64,000 nucleotides of DNA from Mobula hypostoma (Eukaryota), in NCBI RefSeq assembly GCF_963921235.1, contig NC_086118.1, positions 16,804,001 to 16,868,000 on the forward strand. Reading direction: 5' to 3'. Below, piece after piece: positions 37,190-50,997 of this stretch. The notes under the pieces are model-generated. The model made no database searches and was not told the origin of the DNA. It saw only the letters and a list, made by a program, of their open reading frames with translations. The position numbers and the translations under genes were made by a program. Each line of letters starts with the position of its first letter. The stretch's first letter is position 1.

Positions 37190-37589
37190 TCTAGTCTACT
37201 ATGGCACTTACCTGATTTCTATACAGACAAGCTGGATTGGCTGATCCATGCCTCTAGCACCAGTGGTAGCATCTCAGGGATTCATGTTTTGAGACCATGC
37301 AGACGACAACATTTCTTCCAGTTTATAACATCTCAAAGAAAGAATGACATGGGGCTTCCATGTTATCTCCACACTCCTTCAACCTGCTCCGCTGAACCTA
37401 TCACAACTTTGCTCACAACCCTGGTGACATTTGATTCTTGAGCTGGGTATCAGAGGTTTTACTGGGATTGTGTACCAGCATCATTCCGTGTCCTTAGTCA
37501 ACAATATTAAATGGTTGAAGGAAAGCTTCTTTTCCCCTTCTACAGATTAGACTGTCTTTGCCAACTTAGCGATATGTTTTTGGGCCAAT

Positions 37590-38255
37590 CGTGCATTCTG
37601 GCAATTTGCTGTCTCCAAGAGGGTTTCACAAGGCTGCGAGCAAGGTGTGCAACATAGATGCCAGGAAGCCTGGGCCCATGATCGATTCCAGCTCTCAGCG
37701 ATCTCACCGATTAAAGAAGGAGATAGATTGAAAACATCAATGTGGGTGCAGAGGTGAGTGAATGCTCAGCGCCATCTACCGGCCTCTTGCTTGCTGCTGC
37801 CGGAGAGGGGTGTCTATGTGTGGTCTCCTGGTCCCTCTCGCTTGCTGCTCCTGAGGGGAAGTCCCTGCGTTTGAATGATCTCTCTCGCCCTTGATGCTGT
37901 CGGAGCAAGGTTTAATTGAAACGGTTTGTGAACTGTGTTCTATTTTTCTGGTCGCTTGTTTTCTTTTGTTGCTATTTTGGGTGATTTTTGAATAGGGGCA
38001 GCCTGCAGATAGTGAATAATGAGCTGAACTGAAATATGTCTATTGATTTTGTGATGTATATTCTGTGTTTTTGCTCATTGTTTTGGTTGCTGTTTGCGCG
38101 ATTTGTTTTTTGTGCGTGGGGGAGGAGTTTGATGTTTTTCTTTGAACTGGTTCTATGGTTCTTCTTTGTTTCATGGCTGTCTGTGGGGAAGATGAATCTC
38201 AGGGTTGTATACTGCAAACATACTTTGATAAAAAATGTATTTTGAATTCTTTGAA
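37590..38255 (+). repeat. Interspersed repeat with a Rex1-like 3' tail (unclassified)
   Basis: 3' end gaagatgaatctcagggttgtatactg...tactttgataaaaaatg. The same family appears reverse-complemented at 42580-43230. Confidence 0.45.
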
Positions 38256-38639
38256 TGCTTCAGGCAAGTGAATACCTTTATTACATTACCCATCATTTCA
38301 TATAATAAATCCTGATTGACAGACATTGTTGTAAGTAACACATTTGTCGGAAAGAGACACAAGAGAATTAAACTCTTATATGCAGTACCAGTAGACAGGA
38401 TGTTGCAGGACGGTTACAGCCCTGATGTGCTACAAATGCAGTTCACATTGGATTTCTGTATTTGCAAGCTATGTCCAATTTCATAACATGTTCCTTAAAC
38501 ATAACTAAGGGTTTAAGGTTCAGATTCTAGACATTAGGACTTGTCAGCATATGTCATGGCCATAATTGGTAGAAAAAATAAACTCAGGAATGATGTGGTT
38601 TGCATGGGGTTTTGGAGAGGTTTTTCCTCTTCAGGTAGG

Positions 38640-40520
38640 GAATGTATGTTAGGGTGAAGGGACCATGGTTGACAAGAGAGGTGAAACATCTAATCAAGAG
38701 GAAGAAGGAAGCACACTTCAGGTTTAGGAAGCAAGCATCAGACAGGTCTCTAGAGAGTTACAAGGAAGCCGGGAAGGAGCTTAAGAACCACTGCAGGAGG
38801 GCTAAAAGGAGGCACGAGAAGGCCTTGGAAAGTAGGATTAAGGAAATCCCCAAGGGATTCTACATGTATGTGAAAAACAGGAGAATGTCTAGAGTAAAGA
38901 TATGACTGATCCAAGAATAGTGGAAGAAACAGGTGCCTTGAATTGGAAGAGGTAGGGAAGATAATTAATGAGTATATTGCTTTAGTGTTCATCAGTGAGG
39001 TGGACCTTGATGACTGTCAGGACAACATAGAATAGGCTAACATGCTGGAACATGTCAACATTAAGAAGGAGGATGCGCAGGAATTTTTGAAAAAACATTA
39101 GGATAAATAATTCTTCAGGGTCGGGGATCTATCCCAGTTTACTAAGGGAATTGAGGGAAGAGATTACTGTGCCTTCAGCATTGATCTTTGAGTCCTCACT
39201 GGTCAAGGTAGTAGTACCAAAAGATTGGAGGTGGGGGATGGGGCAAATGTGTACCTTTGTTCAAGAAAGGGAATGGGGCTATCTCTGGGAAATATAGACT
39301 AGTGAGTCTTACATCAGCCATGGGCAAATTACCGAAGAGGATTTTTAGAGACAGCAATTATGAACATTAGTAGAAGCAGAGTCTGGTTGGGGATAGTCAG
39401 CTTGGCTTTGTGAGGGGTTGGTCAACAAAAATAATTGATGAAGGTAAAGCAGTGGATGTGGTATATGGAGATTTTACTAAAGTGTTTGACAAGGTTCTCC
39501 AGAATCGATTCATACAGAAAGACAGGAGGCATGGGATCCAGGGAAACTTGCATGGATTCAGTGACGGTTCCCTTCAGAAGGCAGAGGATAGTAGTAGGTA
39601 GAGTGTGTCCTGCCTGTAGATTGGTGGTCAAAGGTGTTTTGTTGCGGATAATGTAGACAGTTGTCATAGGTTACAAGGGGACACAGGTGGGATACAGTGC
39701 TGGGCTGGGAAGTGGCAGATGGAGTTCAATCTGTAAAAGTGTGAGGTGAAACACTTTGAAAGGTCGATCTTGAAGGCAGAGTAGGGGAAATGGCAGGATA
39801 GTTAGCAGGATGGAGGAACAGAGGGACCTTGGGGTACAGATCTACAGATCCCTCAAAGTTGCAACACAAGTTGATAGAGTTGTTAATGTGGCAGATGCTA
39901 TGTTGGCCTGTGTTAATCGGACGATTAAGTTCAAGAGCCACAAGGTAATATTCCAGCTCTATAAAGCTCTGGTCAGACAACTCTTGAAATATTATGTTCA
40001 GTCCTTTACACCTCATTATAGGAAGGATATGGAAGCTTTAGAGAGAGTGCAGGGAAGATTTACAAGGGTGCTGTCTGGATTAGAGAGCATGTCGTATGAG
40101 GAGAGGCCGAAGGATCTAGGGCATCACTCTTCAGAGTGAAGGAAGAGGAGAGATGATTTGATAAAGGTGTATAAAATGATAAGAGGCATAGATCGAGTGG
40201 ACAGGCAGAGACTTTTTCCAAGGGTGGAAATTGCTAACTTGAGAGGGTATAATTTAAGGTGATTGGAGGAAAGTATAGGGGGGATGTCAGAGGTAATTTT
40301 TCAACACAGGGAATGGCGTGGAATGGGATGGCAGGGGTGGTGGTAGAGGCAGATACATTAGGGACACTTAAGAGACTCTTAAATAGGCATTTGATGAAAT
40401 TATAAAAGCAGGGCTACACGGAAGAGAAGGGTTAGATAGATCCAGGATTAGGTTAAAAGGTCGGCAGGACATTGTGGACCGAAGGGCCTGTATTGCACTA
40501 TATTGTTCTGTGTTCTACCT
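38640..40520 (+). mobile_element. Degraded CR1/HER1-like ORF2 fragment and 3' end
   Basis: PWLTREVK, DEGKAVDVVYGDFTKVFDKV (RT), EEQRDLGVQI...LYKALVR...LERVQGRFTR, and the CR1 tail gaagggcctgtattgcact. Confidence 0.88.
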
Positions 40521-42624
40521 TGTATGATTATGCCTATTTAACCACCTGACTCTGTGACTCTCAGAATTAGAGGAGAGCTAACATTTCAGAAGGCTGCAAG
40601 TCTGTGGTTGAATAGGAAGAAAAACCAATGGGTGAAATGAACTTAGTGCAAGGAAGTATTTGCCTAACAAGTTTACAGATGATAGAATGAGAGAAGTAAG
40701 CCAAACATATTTTGAACTTGACAAGTTTAAAAGCAACAGAGATGAATGAGGGTTTCAGTAGCAGCAGAACTGTATGCTGTTACTAAGATGGAAATAAGCT
40801 GTTTTCATCATAGCACAGATATGTTTCCTGAAGCCCAGCACAGGGTTGAAATGACATGATAATTGCAAGCAATGTAACTCAATTTCAGAAAGATGCCGGA
40901 GATAAGAATGAAGTCCGTGACTCAGTAACAAAGATATGACACAGACTGAAGATGTTCATAACACTTTTCAAGGTGATTTTCTAGTTACCGAAGTCAGTGT
41001 CAGCAATCCACCAGCACTACTTGCTCCAGTAAAAATTAATTTCCAGATCCACTTGTTCACTATGAATAAAGCACTAATTTTCATCATTCCACTTACAAAT
41101 TCTGCAAGATTGTTGAACAAAAACCCAATGCGACTCACATACACCCACTCATGTATTGAGTGAAACAAGTTCTTTCAGAAGAAGAAACACAGGACACCTG
41201 CTCCACCACACCAAAGTTTTCTGAATATTCCTTAAGGAAAAAAACAAGCAATACAAATAATTTTACTGAAATCAACTGGATTAAAGCTTCATTTTGTTTA
41301 TTTTCTTCCTTAAAAAATTATAAAATAACTTTTGCATGAGTCCTTTCGCAAGAAAATCATACAGAAACCAGATACCTGTCCTGTTTATCTAAGCATCTTT
41401 CATTAAAGCTCCTCCAGTAACTGGCACAAGTACCTGTATATTCCATTAGACGAGCCAGAACCTACATCCAAAAATAGTTCATCATTGAGGGGAAGTGGCA
41501 GCTGTAACCACTTCTACCAGTCTCTTGTTTTCACTTGCTTCATAAGTCGGCCCTTCTGAAATCTAATATTTGCAAAGCGCTCCCTGTCCGCAAACGAAAC
41601 GTTATTGAATTAAAAATCTCCTTCATAGGATGTAAGACAAAACTATCAGTTTACACTAATCTACCTCCAATATATCCTCTCCCACACAGGAATTTGAAGG
41701 TGAAGTTTTTGGAAAGATAAGACCATTGAAGATTTTTATTAGACTTTGCAATAACAACATCTGAACTTTTTATTTAAAAATAAATTAGCACAGTTGACAA
41801 TATCAATAACAAGCAGATACAAGCATATTTCCACTAATATTTCCATAATGTTACATTAAATAATATTTATATAAGCATGTTCTCCAACACAAATGTTCCT
41901 TTAGCTGGTAATCCTTCATGCCTTTCTGACAAGATACTTCTATTAGCTGTAAATTTAATGGGTAAATCTGTCAGTGTAATAAAATTAGCAAAGAAATCCC
42001 AAACTAGAAGAGATAAGCAGACTAAGAATACTGTAGGTATTGCTGGAGAACACTTACAAGCAATAAATCCCAGCTGAATCTGCTAAACTTCTTAAAATAT
42101 CACTTAAACCACATGATGCCCTCTCTGCTGCAGACATATAGATGAACTTTAAAGATCGAAGTAAAAGACAATACAAAATTGAAATGTCGACCACGGTGAA
42201 AAAATACTTCTTGCCAGGAATACAACTGTATTATGAAAGAAAGTAAAAATACCTTACTTAAATATATTCCTTGAGAAAAATCCCAAACACCACATATATG
42301 TCAACTTACTTCAACATTATGCAATACCTTATTCACATTTTTAACAGAAAAGCTAATGGAATATTGTAATTTATTTTGGGAAATAAATACAAAAATAGGG
42401 ATATTATGCTTCAGTTACATAGAACATTAGTGAAAGCAAATTACCTCTTTTTCTTTTCCCACAGATGCAGCCTGACCTGCTGAGTTCTTCCAACATATTT
42501 TGTTTTTACTTTTGAAATATGAACCTGGTCTATCTACTTACAGTGGATCTACCCTTCCTGGCACGCAGTTACCCTGTTATAATCAAAGTAAATTTATTAT
42601 TGAAGTATGTACATGTCACCAAAT

Positions 42625-42806
42625 GGAAAAGATTAAATAGTGGACATTTCCCTTCATCAGGACTTCTCCAGTCCTGATGAAGGTTCTCGGCCCGAAACGT
42701 CAACTGTTTAATCTTTTCCACAAATGCTGCCTGGCCTGCTGATTTCCTCTAGCATTTTGTGTGTATTGCTTTGATTTGCAACATCTGCAGATTTTCTCTT
42801 GTTTGT
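42625..42806 (+). mobile_element. About 180-bp hammerhead-bearing Penelope-derived mini insertion with 15-bp TSD
   Basis: TSD tacatgtcaccaaat at 42610-24 and 42807-21. Short inverted 5' piece. Hammerhead cagtc-ctgatga-aggttctcggccc-gaaac-gtc-aactg at 42669-42706. Confidence 0.85.
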
Positions 42807-45269
42807 TACATGTCACCAAATACTATCTCAAGATTCATTTTCTTGCAGGACTTCACAGCAGAATAAAGAAATACAATAGAATCAATGAAAAACTACACAT
42901 AAGGACTGAAAAATAACCAATGTGCAAAAGAAGACAAACTGTGCAAATACAAAATTAATAAAATAAATAAGTAAAAATAGTACTGAGAACATGAGTTGTG
43001 GTGTCCTTGAAAACGAGTCCATAGATTGTGTTTAAAGTTCAAAGTTGAGGTGAGTGAAGTTATCCATTCTGGTTCAGGAGCCTGACAGTTGATGTATTAA
43101 CTGTTCCCGAACCTGGCCTTGTAGGATCTAAGGCTCCTGTACTTCCTTCCCAAAGGTAGCAGCGAGAAGAAAGCATGGCCTGGATGGTGGGGGTTCTTGA
43201 TGATGGATAATGCTTTCTTGTGGTGGTGCCCCATAATCAATGAGTTTAGAAACTGTGTCCATGGAATCCTCAGAATCTTAGAGGTGTTGCAAATGGAAAG
43301 AGAACACTTGGTCCATCAAGTCTCCTCTAGATTCACATGAAGTCCATGCAAAATCCATTCTGTAATCCATATACAGTTTTCTTTTCAGTTCCATTCTGAT
43401 TCACTCTTTTCACCACTATTGCTGGGTGCGAGATCCTGATCATCACCACTTCCCACGTTTTTCCTCACATCCTCTTTGAATTCTTTGGTTCTTTGAGCAC
43501 TAATTAATGGGAACACTTTTATCTGACTTACTCTTTCCTAAGCTCATCATGTTCTTCTGCAATCTATCAAATCTCCTTTGTAAAGACGAGAAAATCTGCA
43601 TATGTTGGAAATTCAAGCAACAGACAAATCTCCCCTGTACCTCCCTTCCTCCAAGTCGAGGTCCAGTTAGCTCTCTAGCTTGCTTGGCAGCAAACTGCAG
43701 TGCCATTCCACTCTCAAAATTATCCATACATCCTAGATGACCAGATACAATTAATGCACAAAAAGAATTTCAACGCACTTTCAGATTACATCTAGCAAAT
43801 AGTCAGGAAAGTGGAAAATTATACAAAGGAAACAGAAGTTCTTTATTTTAAGGAGGTTCACTGCACTGTGTTAGCTTGAGTTTTTTTTTAAGTGATTTTT
43901 CTTTCTCTATGGAAATATACTCCTTATTTACTTCATTATAAGTTTATGAATCAGGTTCAAGAGGCCTGTCTGGTAGCTAACGCATAGTATATGAAAGTGT
44001 TCATTTCAAGAAAGTTAACTTGGCTTGATGTGACCTCTACTTCTTGTAAAGCATCAGTGCGTAATGTTCACTTGTACTATACATAGGACATAGGAGTCAT
44101 ACAACAAAGAAAAAGACTCTTTGGCCTTGTGAGTTTGCACCCACTAAGAAGCATCTATTTATATTGATCCTATAGGAATCTAATTTTATTCTCATCACTT
44201 ACCCATCAGCTCCCACCCCCCCACCCCACCCACAGCTTCTAATAATCAGCTACAGTATAAGGACATTAGCTGTGGCTAATCAGCCTACTAATCTGTCGGT
44301 ATGAAAATAAAATGAAAATCCTTGAGGAAACCTATGGAGGTCACAGTGAGAACACATAAATTCCATTTCGACAGCATAGGGTTTCAGGAGTGAACAACGG
44401 TCACTAATTGGGAGGCAGCAGTTCTACAAGCTGCATCATTTTCCCATTCCACGGTCAAGGTGGAATAATGTCATAATCATTCACCAAGTTATTGCAGTAT
44501 ACTCTTTGTGTTGTATGCACTTACCGAAACAGAGCGCATGCACATACAGTAGAAGGTCAAATGGGTGGGGATCTATATCTGGAGGTGCCTTAATACATTC
44601 AAAGTCTGGTTTTGAAATACAGTAGTTCTTTAGCCAGGTGACACTTACTTGTGCAGCTGCCTAATGATCAATTTCTCATACTTTTAGATGTTTCTTCTTG
44701 CTGGATTAAGGATTTTTTGCTTCAAGATACTAGCATTTTCAGTTGAGAGTTTATTTACCATGTGGAACATGTGTTTTTCAAACAATTTTTCTATTTCACT
44801 AAATAGACAGTGTGCATCTAACAAGACAGTAAAGAGAGAGAGTGAAAGAAAGTGTGAGACTGAGAGGAAGAAAGGGAAAAAAAAGAGGATTTATGCCTTA
44901 ATAGCAAGTTTTATTCACATTGCCAGCATATTCCAAATGTAGCAACAAACACAAAATTCTGGAGCAACTCAGCAGGTCAGGCAGCATCTATGGAAATGAA
45001 TAAACAGTCAATGTTTCAGGCAAAGACCCTTCTTCAGGACTGAGAAATATGTACATGCGTATTTAAAAACAAGTAAACTATTTTTGATGCACAGTCGATG
45101 TTACTGTGTAGATAAAGACAACAGCCAATGTGCACAAAGCCAAGTATCATAAATTATAATTGAGCTGTGAAGTAGCTGCTCAAATTTTCTGGCTGTGGAA
45201 AACAATAGTCAAATGTCACAGGGATAATTTTTGGTTTTTGTGTACAGTGGTTGATGGTGGATTAGTCTC

Positions 45270-46130
45270 ACAAGAGATTCTGCAGATGCTGGAAATCCTA
45301 AGGAACACACACAAAATGCTTGAGGAACTCAGCAAGTCAGGCAGCAAATATGGAAATACATAGGAGAAAGAGAAGGAGGAGAGGCACCAGGAGGAGGTGA
45401 TAGGGAGGTAAGGAGAAGAGGTAAGGGGCTGAAGTGGGGGATAGAAGAAGAGGGAAGGGATAGGGAAAAAAAAAATTATCAGAAGTTATATAAATTGAAG
45501 TTCATGCCATCAGGGTGGAGGCCACCTGGACGAAATATGAGGTGTTGCTCCTCCACCGAGAGTAGCCTCATCACTGAACCCTTGAACACTACCTCACTTC
45601 TTTAATATATATTATTTCTGTTTTTTGCACGATTTTAATCTAATCAATATATGTATACTGTATTCTAATTAATTTCTTCTATATTATGTATTGCATTGAA
45701 CTGCTGCGGCTAAGTTTGAGAAACTTTGAACTTTACTGTGCTCACGGACTTCTTCATCAAGTTATGGTATTGTTGCACTGTTGTAACTATATACTATAAT
45801 TATGTGCTTTTGTCAGTTTTTTCAGTCTTGGTCTGTCCTGCGTTTTGTGATATCACACCGGAGGAAATAATGTATCGTTTCTTAATGCATGCATTACTAA
45901 ATGACAAAAAAAGAGGACTACGTGTCTTCATAATCTAAGTTAACAAATTTCATGACACATGCCGGTGATAATAAACCTGATTCTGATTCTGATCATGGCA
46001 GAAGAGAAAGCCATATAACATGTTGAAACAGGAATAGGGGTAGGAATTAAAATGGTTGGCCACTGGAAAATTTTGCTTTTTGCAATGGAACAGAAGTGCT
46101 TGACAAACCGGTCCCCCAATTTACGTCAGT
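45270..46130 (-). mobile_element. Old Penelope-like 3' end with two nested LINE tails
   Basis: PLE sequence is interrupted at about 45575-45995 by a (gattct)n-tailed fragment, itself interrupted at about 45715-45937 with ctaagtt duplicated on both sides. Confidence 0.65.
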
Positions 46131-46304
46131 GGATTAGGGATCTAATTTTCCCTCTTCAACATTTCTATTGTCTTCTCTATGTGGAACTAAAGCATAATGA
46201 ATCCAAAATCCAGTCACTGACTTGGTCTTAGTTATTTTACAGTACTGTCTAAAGTCAAAATTACCTTCTCAATGAAAAGCAGAAAACGCTGACTTATAAA
46301 ATTT

Positions 46305-46545
46305 GGGTGCACAGTAGTGTAGCCTTTAGTGTGATGGTATTACAGCTGCAGTGACACAGGTTCAATTCTGCTGCTTTCTGTAAGGAGTTTGAATGCTCTC
46401 CCTGTGACCATGTGGGTTTCCTCCGTCAGCTCTGGTTTTCTCCCACATTCCAGAGATGTATGGAAAAGCAGATTAATTGGCTGTAATCGGGCAGTGCCAG
46501 CTTGTTAAGCCTGAAGGGTCTGTTACCGGACTGTATCTCTAAATA
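46305..46545 (+). mobile_element. HE1/V-SINE-like SINE
   Basis: tRNA-like head with ggttcaattc, then ctgtaaggagtttg...tgtgggtttcctcc...ttctcccacattcc. Confidence 0.75.
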
Positions 46546-46799
46546 AACTGATTAGTTAACCTTCTCCTGCCAGCTCATTGATGAGTTTAAAGCAGATAAT
46601 GATCATATAACTCATCCAAATATAAACAAGAGCAATACTTTAGACTTAGAAGAGGAACGAGCCTAGTGGAGGCTGATTGGCTTCCTGGCTGATTACATGG
46701 TGTCCTCTGTCAAATATAAATCTATTTGGGTTTGAGCTTGATAGGAAAGTTAATAAAAAACACAAACCAAATTAAAAGCAAGTTTATTGATTTATACAT

Positions 46800-47780
46800 T
46801 TTGGATCAGTGAGGAATGGAAGGCTGTGACTGGTGGGGTGGGGTGTGACAGATTCAATGTTAGGCTCCAGCTGCTGACAATCTATATTGTCATTTGGATG
46901 AGAGGCATAAGTGTTACACAGTATATCCAGATTTGTGATGGTAGGAGGATGAAAGCCTGTTTGGCTTGTGAGGAAGAGTGGAGAGAGGCTTTAGGAGATT
47001 TTGTTAAGCTGTGAATGGGCAAGGATATGGTAGAATACAACATGCAGTATTGCAAGGTCATATATTTTGGTAGAAAAAAAGTGGAAAAGTACTATTCCAA
47101 AAATAATATACCAAGGGAATGGAAGGTGTGAGTGTTCTGAAAAAATTTGGATGTCCTTCTTACATAAATCACTAAAAGCTAACATGGAGGTACAGCAAGA
47201 TATCAAGAAGGCAAATGGCATGTTTGTCTATATTGCAAAATAATTTGAGTACCAGGGCAAAGACACCTAACTGCATTGACAAAGAGTCCTTGTGAAATCA
47301 CATTTGGAAAACAGTCCACAAACTTGGTCGAAAAAAAAGCACTGCGAGAAACATAGGGTATCAGGCAGCATCCACAGAGGGAAAAGGGCAGTCAAGGTTT
47401 CAGCTCGAGACTCTGTCAACAGATTTAGTCTATCTACCTATAACTGATCCCTGGGAAGTGGAGGCTTTGCTTTACAGGGCAAGAAGAAAGAGACTGACAT
47501 TATATCCTCCTGCGTTTAATAGAATTCAAGGTAATGTCACTGAAACACAGGAAGTTCTTCTGATGATACTCCCCCTGACTAGGGTTTATTGAACCAGGGT
47601 CAGAGGCACAACTCTTTGGAGTTCCATACCCACGAAGGCTATAGAACCCTGTGATTACTATATTCAGGGCAGAGTTGAATGATTTTTGAATATTCAAGGG
47701 CATGGGGTCAGTGCAGTTAGGTGGCACGGGGCTAAATGATCAGTCAAGATCTTATTGTCTGGCAGAGCAACCATGAGGGA
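46800..47780 (+). mobile_element. Highly degraded CR1-like fragment
   Basis: Remnant CR1 motifs (tgaatgggcaagg..tggtag; aatcactaaaagctaacatggaggtacagcaag...aaggcaaatggcatgtt). Confidence 0.55.
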
Positions 47781-48049
47781 CCAGATAATTCTGATGGAGA
47801 TTTTTGATTCATTTTTAGTCACAGATGAGGTACCATGGTTTTTCGGTCGGGCACCAGATGCTCAGAGGGATTTGGCGGGGGGTGGGCACCCGGCGCTTGG
47901 CTGGGAGGCCGTGCTCGAGTGGTTGGCGACTTGGGCTGACTCCCCTACCGGATTTATTCTGGTGAGGAGGGTGTGAGGACACCCAGCAGGACTGAAAAAA
48001 CAAGACTTGACAAAGGGCAGATGAGCTCCTTGTGAGCCAACGGCCATCT

Positions 48050-48395
48050 TCCATGGAAGAGATTAAAGCCTCACCACGTATCTATGAATCGGATGCTATG
48101 CACCTAGTTAGAAGAGACATGATGAACTTGGGCACTGCACCGTGTGCCTGGACCTGCCCAAGGCCTCCACCTAAGGAAGGGCCGAGCTCGAAGAAGCGGC
48201 AGCAGCTGGAGGCCGACACGGCCTCGGGCTCGAGTTCGGCGGGGGCAGGGACGGCAGCCAGCGGTGCCAAGGTGGCTGGTACAAACATACTGGAGGAGAG
48301 GCAGTACTCGGTGCTGTCGCAAGATCGAAGAAGATGGAGGTGCGTAGCCGCCAACCCCGGATTCGGGACGACACCCACTGACTGACTGACTGTGG
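48050..48395 (+). mobile_element. Possible RTE-clade LINE 3' end with (ACTG)n tail
   Basis: HLVRRD...SQDRRRWRCVAANP resembles the RTE ORF C-terminus; tail actgactgactgactg. Confidence 0.4.
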
Positions 48396-48399
48396 TACA

Positions 48400-49320
48400 G
48401 TACTGAATTCACCAGCAACAGTGACACAGTTTACAGAGGAAGTGGAAGAGCTTAAGGCCTGGTGGCAGGCAAATAACCTCTTCCTCAATGTCAACAAGAC
48501 AAAGGACATGATTAATAACTTCAGAAGAACTTGCACCACTCATCTCCATACCCTTCTCTAAATCAGTGACAGACAAATGGAAACTGCGATTGTACATCTC
48601 GCACAACCTCTCATAGTCCCAGAACACATCCTACACAATCAGGAAAGGTCTTCAATGTCTCTACTTTCTGAGGAGGCTGAAGAGGGTGGGACTTTGCACA
48701 TCTACACTCACATTATCCTGCAATGTGCAGTAGAGAGCATCCTAACAAGCTGCATCACTGCTTGCTACGGAAACGGTACTGTGGCAGACAGGAAGGCCCT
48801 ACAACAGGTCAGCAAAGCTGCCCAACGCATCACAGTCACCAAACTACCCACCATCAAGGACACATATACAGAAAGGTGCTGGAAAAGGGCCAGTAGCATC
48901 ATGAAGTATCCCACCCACCCTGCAGATGGACTGTTTGTCCCACTCCCATCAGGGAAGAGGCTATGTAGCATCCACACCAGGACCACCAGACTCAAAAACA
49001 GTTATTTTCTCCAAGCAGTAAGGCTGATCAACACCTTCACCTACTAACCCACCCCTCCACACCCACAACCACCACTACTTATCCTTTCCTCTCAGTCACC
49101 TTATGCACAGGCACTCCCGTGCCTGCTGTCACTTTATGGACAGACAATCAATGTATCCACTATATATATGCTATCTTATGTATATTTATTTATTGTACTT
49201 TTTATTATTGTAATGTTCCTTATCTTATTTTGTTTTTTTTTTGTGTGCTGAGTAGCAATTACTTCATTCTCCTTTAGACGTGTACTGGAAATGAGATTAA
49301 ACAGTTCTTATGTCTCTTGA
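48400..49320 (+). mobile_element. Rex1/Babar-like LINE 3' fragment
   Basis: NNLFLNVNKTK; CAVESILTSCITACYGN...DRKALQQV...HPADGLFVPLPSGKRLCSIHTRTTRLKNSYF. Confidence 0.85.
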
Positions 49321-49511
49321 ATCTTAATCTGTAAAACTGGAGGAGAGCTAAAGTTAATCCCACATTGAAGGAGTGCAGAAGAGATAAGAAAGGAAACTAC
49401 AGATGAATAAGCCTCATGTCAGCAGTAGGGAAACTACTGGGAAAATAATCTCCAAGGGATAGGATTTATTGATCACCTGGAATGGCAGGAAATAATTCCA
49501 AGGGATAAGCA

Positions 49512-50988
49512 ACATACATCAAAGTTGCTGGTGAACGCAGCAGGCCAAGCAGCATCTGCAGGAAGAGGTGCAGTCGACGTTTCAGGCCGAGACCCTTCGT
49601 CAGGACTAACTGAAGGAAGAGTGAGTAAGGGATTTGAAAGTTGGAGGGGGAGGGGGAGATCCAAAATGATAGGCGAAGACAGGAAGGGGAGGGATAGAGC
49701 CGAAAGCTGGACAGGTGATAGGCAAAAGGGGATACCAGAGGATCATGGGACAGGAGAATAATATGTTGGACCCGGAGGCTGGTGGGGTGGTAGGTGAGGA
49801 CCAGGGGAACCCTATTCCTAGTGGGGTGGTGGGAGGATGGAGTGAGAGCAGATGTACGTGAAATGGGGGAGATGAGTTTAAGAGCAGAGTTGATAGTGGA
49901 GGAAGGGAAGCCCCTTTCTTTAAAAAAGGAAGACATCTCCCTCGTCCTAGAATGAAAAGCCTCATCCTGAGAGTAGATGCGGTGGAGACGGAGGAATTGC
50001 GAGAAGGGGATGGCGTTTTTGCAAGAGACAGGGTGAGAAGAGGAATAGTCCAGATAGCTGTGAGAGTCAGTAGGCTTATAGTAGACATCAGTGGATAAGC
50101 TGTCTCCAGAGACAGAGACAGAAAGATCTAGAAAGGGGAGGGAGGTGTCGGAAATGGACCAGGTAAACTTGAGGGCAGGGTGAAAGTTGGAGGCAAAGTT
50201 AATAAAGTCAACGAGTTCTGCATGCGTGCAGGAAGCAGTGCCAATGCAGTCGTCGATGTAGCGAAGGAAAAGTGGGGGACAGATACCAGAATAGGCACGG
50301 AACATAGATTGTTCCACAAACCCAACAAAAAGGCAGGCATAGCTAGGACCCATACGGGTGCCCATAGCTACACCTTTAGTTTGGAGGAAGTGGGAGGACC
50401 TTCCTGATGGTGGATGGAAGTATATAAGGACTGGACATCCATGGTGAAAATAAAGCGGTGGGGGCCAGGGAACTTAAAATCATCGAAAAGTTTAAGAGCA
50501 TGAGAAGTGTCACGAACATAGGTCGGAAGGGATTGAACAAGGGGTGATAAAACAGTGTCGAGGTATGCAGAAATGAGTTCGGTGGGGCAGGAGCAAGCTG
50601 AGACAATAGGTCGGCCAGGACAGGCAGGTTTGTGGATCTTGGGTAGGAGGTAGAAACAGGAAGTGCGGGGTGTGGGAACTATAAGATTGGTAGCAGTGGA
50701 TGGGAGATCCCCTGAGCAGATAAAGTCGGTGATGGTGTGGGAGACAATGGCCTGGTGCTCCTTAGTGGGGTCACGATCGAGGGGTAAATAAGAGGAGGTA
50801 TCCGCGAGTTGTCGCTGTGCCTCGGCAAGGTAGAGGTCAGTACGCCAGACTACAACAGTACCCCCCTTTATCGGCGGGTTTAATAATAAGGTTAGGATTA
50901 GTGCGGAGGGAGTGGAGAGCAGAGCATTCCGAAGGAGTGAGGTTGGAATGGGGACAAGGTGCGGTGAAGTCGAGACGGTTGATGTCCC
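49512..50988 (-). mobile_element. Young Penelope-like copy with two internal deletions, inserted into a CR1, 9-bp TSD
   Basis: Near-identical to 35106-37172. GIY-YIG deleted at about 49755 and about 110 bp of RT deleted at about 50395. TSD ggataagca at 49503-11 and 50989-97. Confidence 0.92.
49572..49607 (-). ncRNA. Minimal type I hammerhead ribozyme
   Basis: Reverse complement identical to 63786-63821. Confidence 0.85.
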
Positions 50989-50997
50989 GGATAAGCA

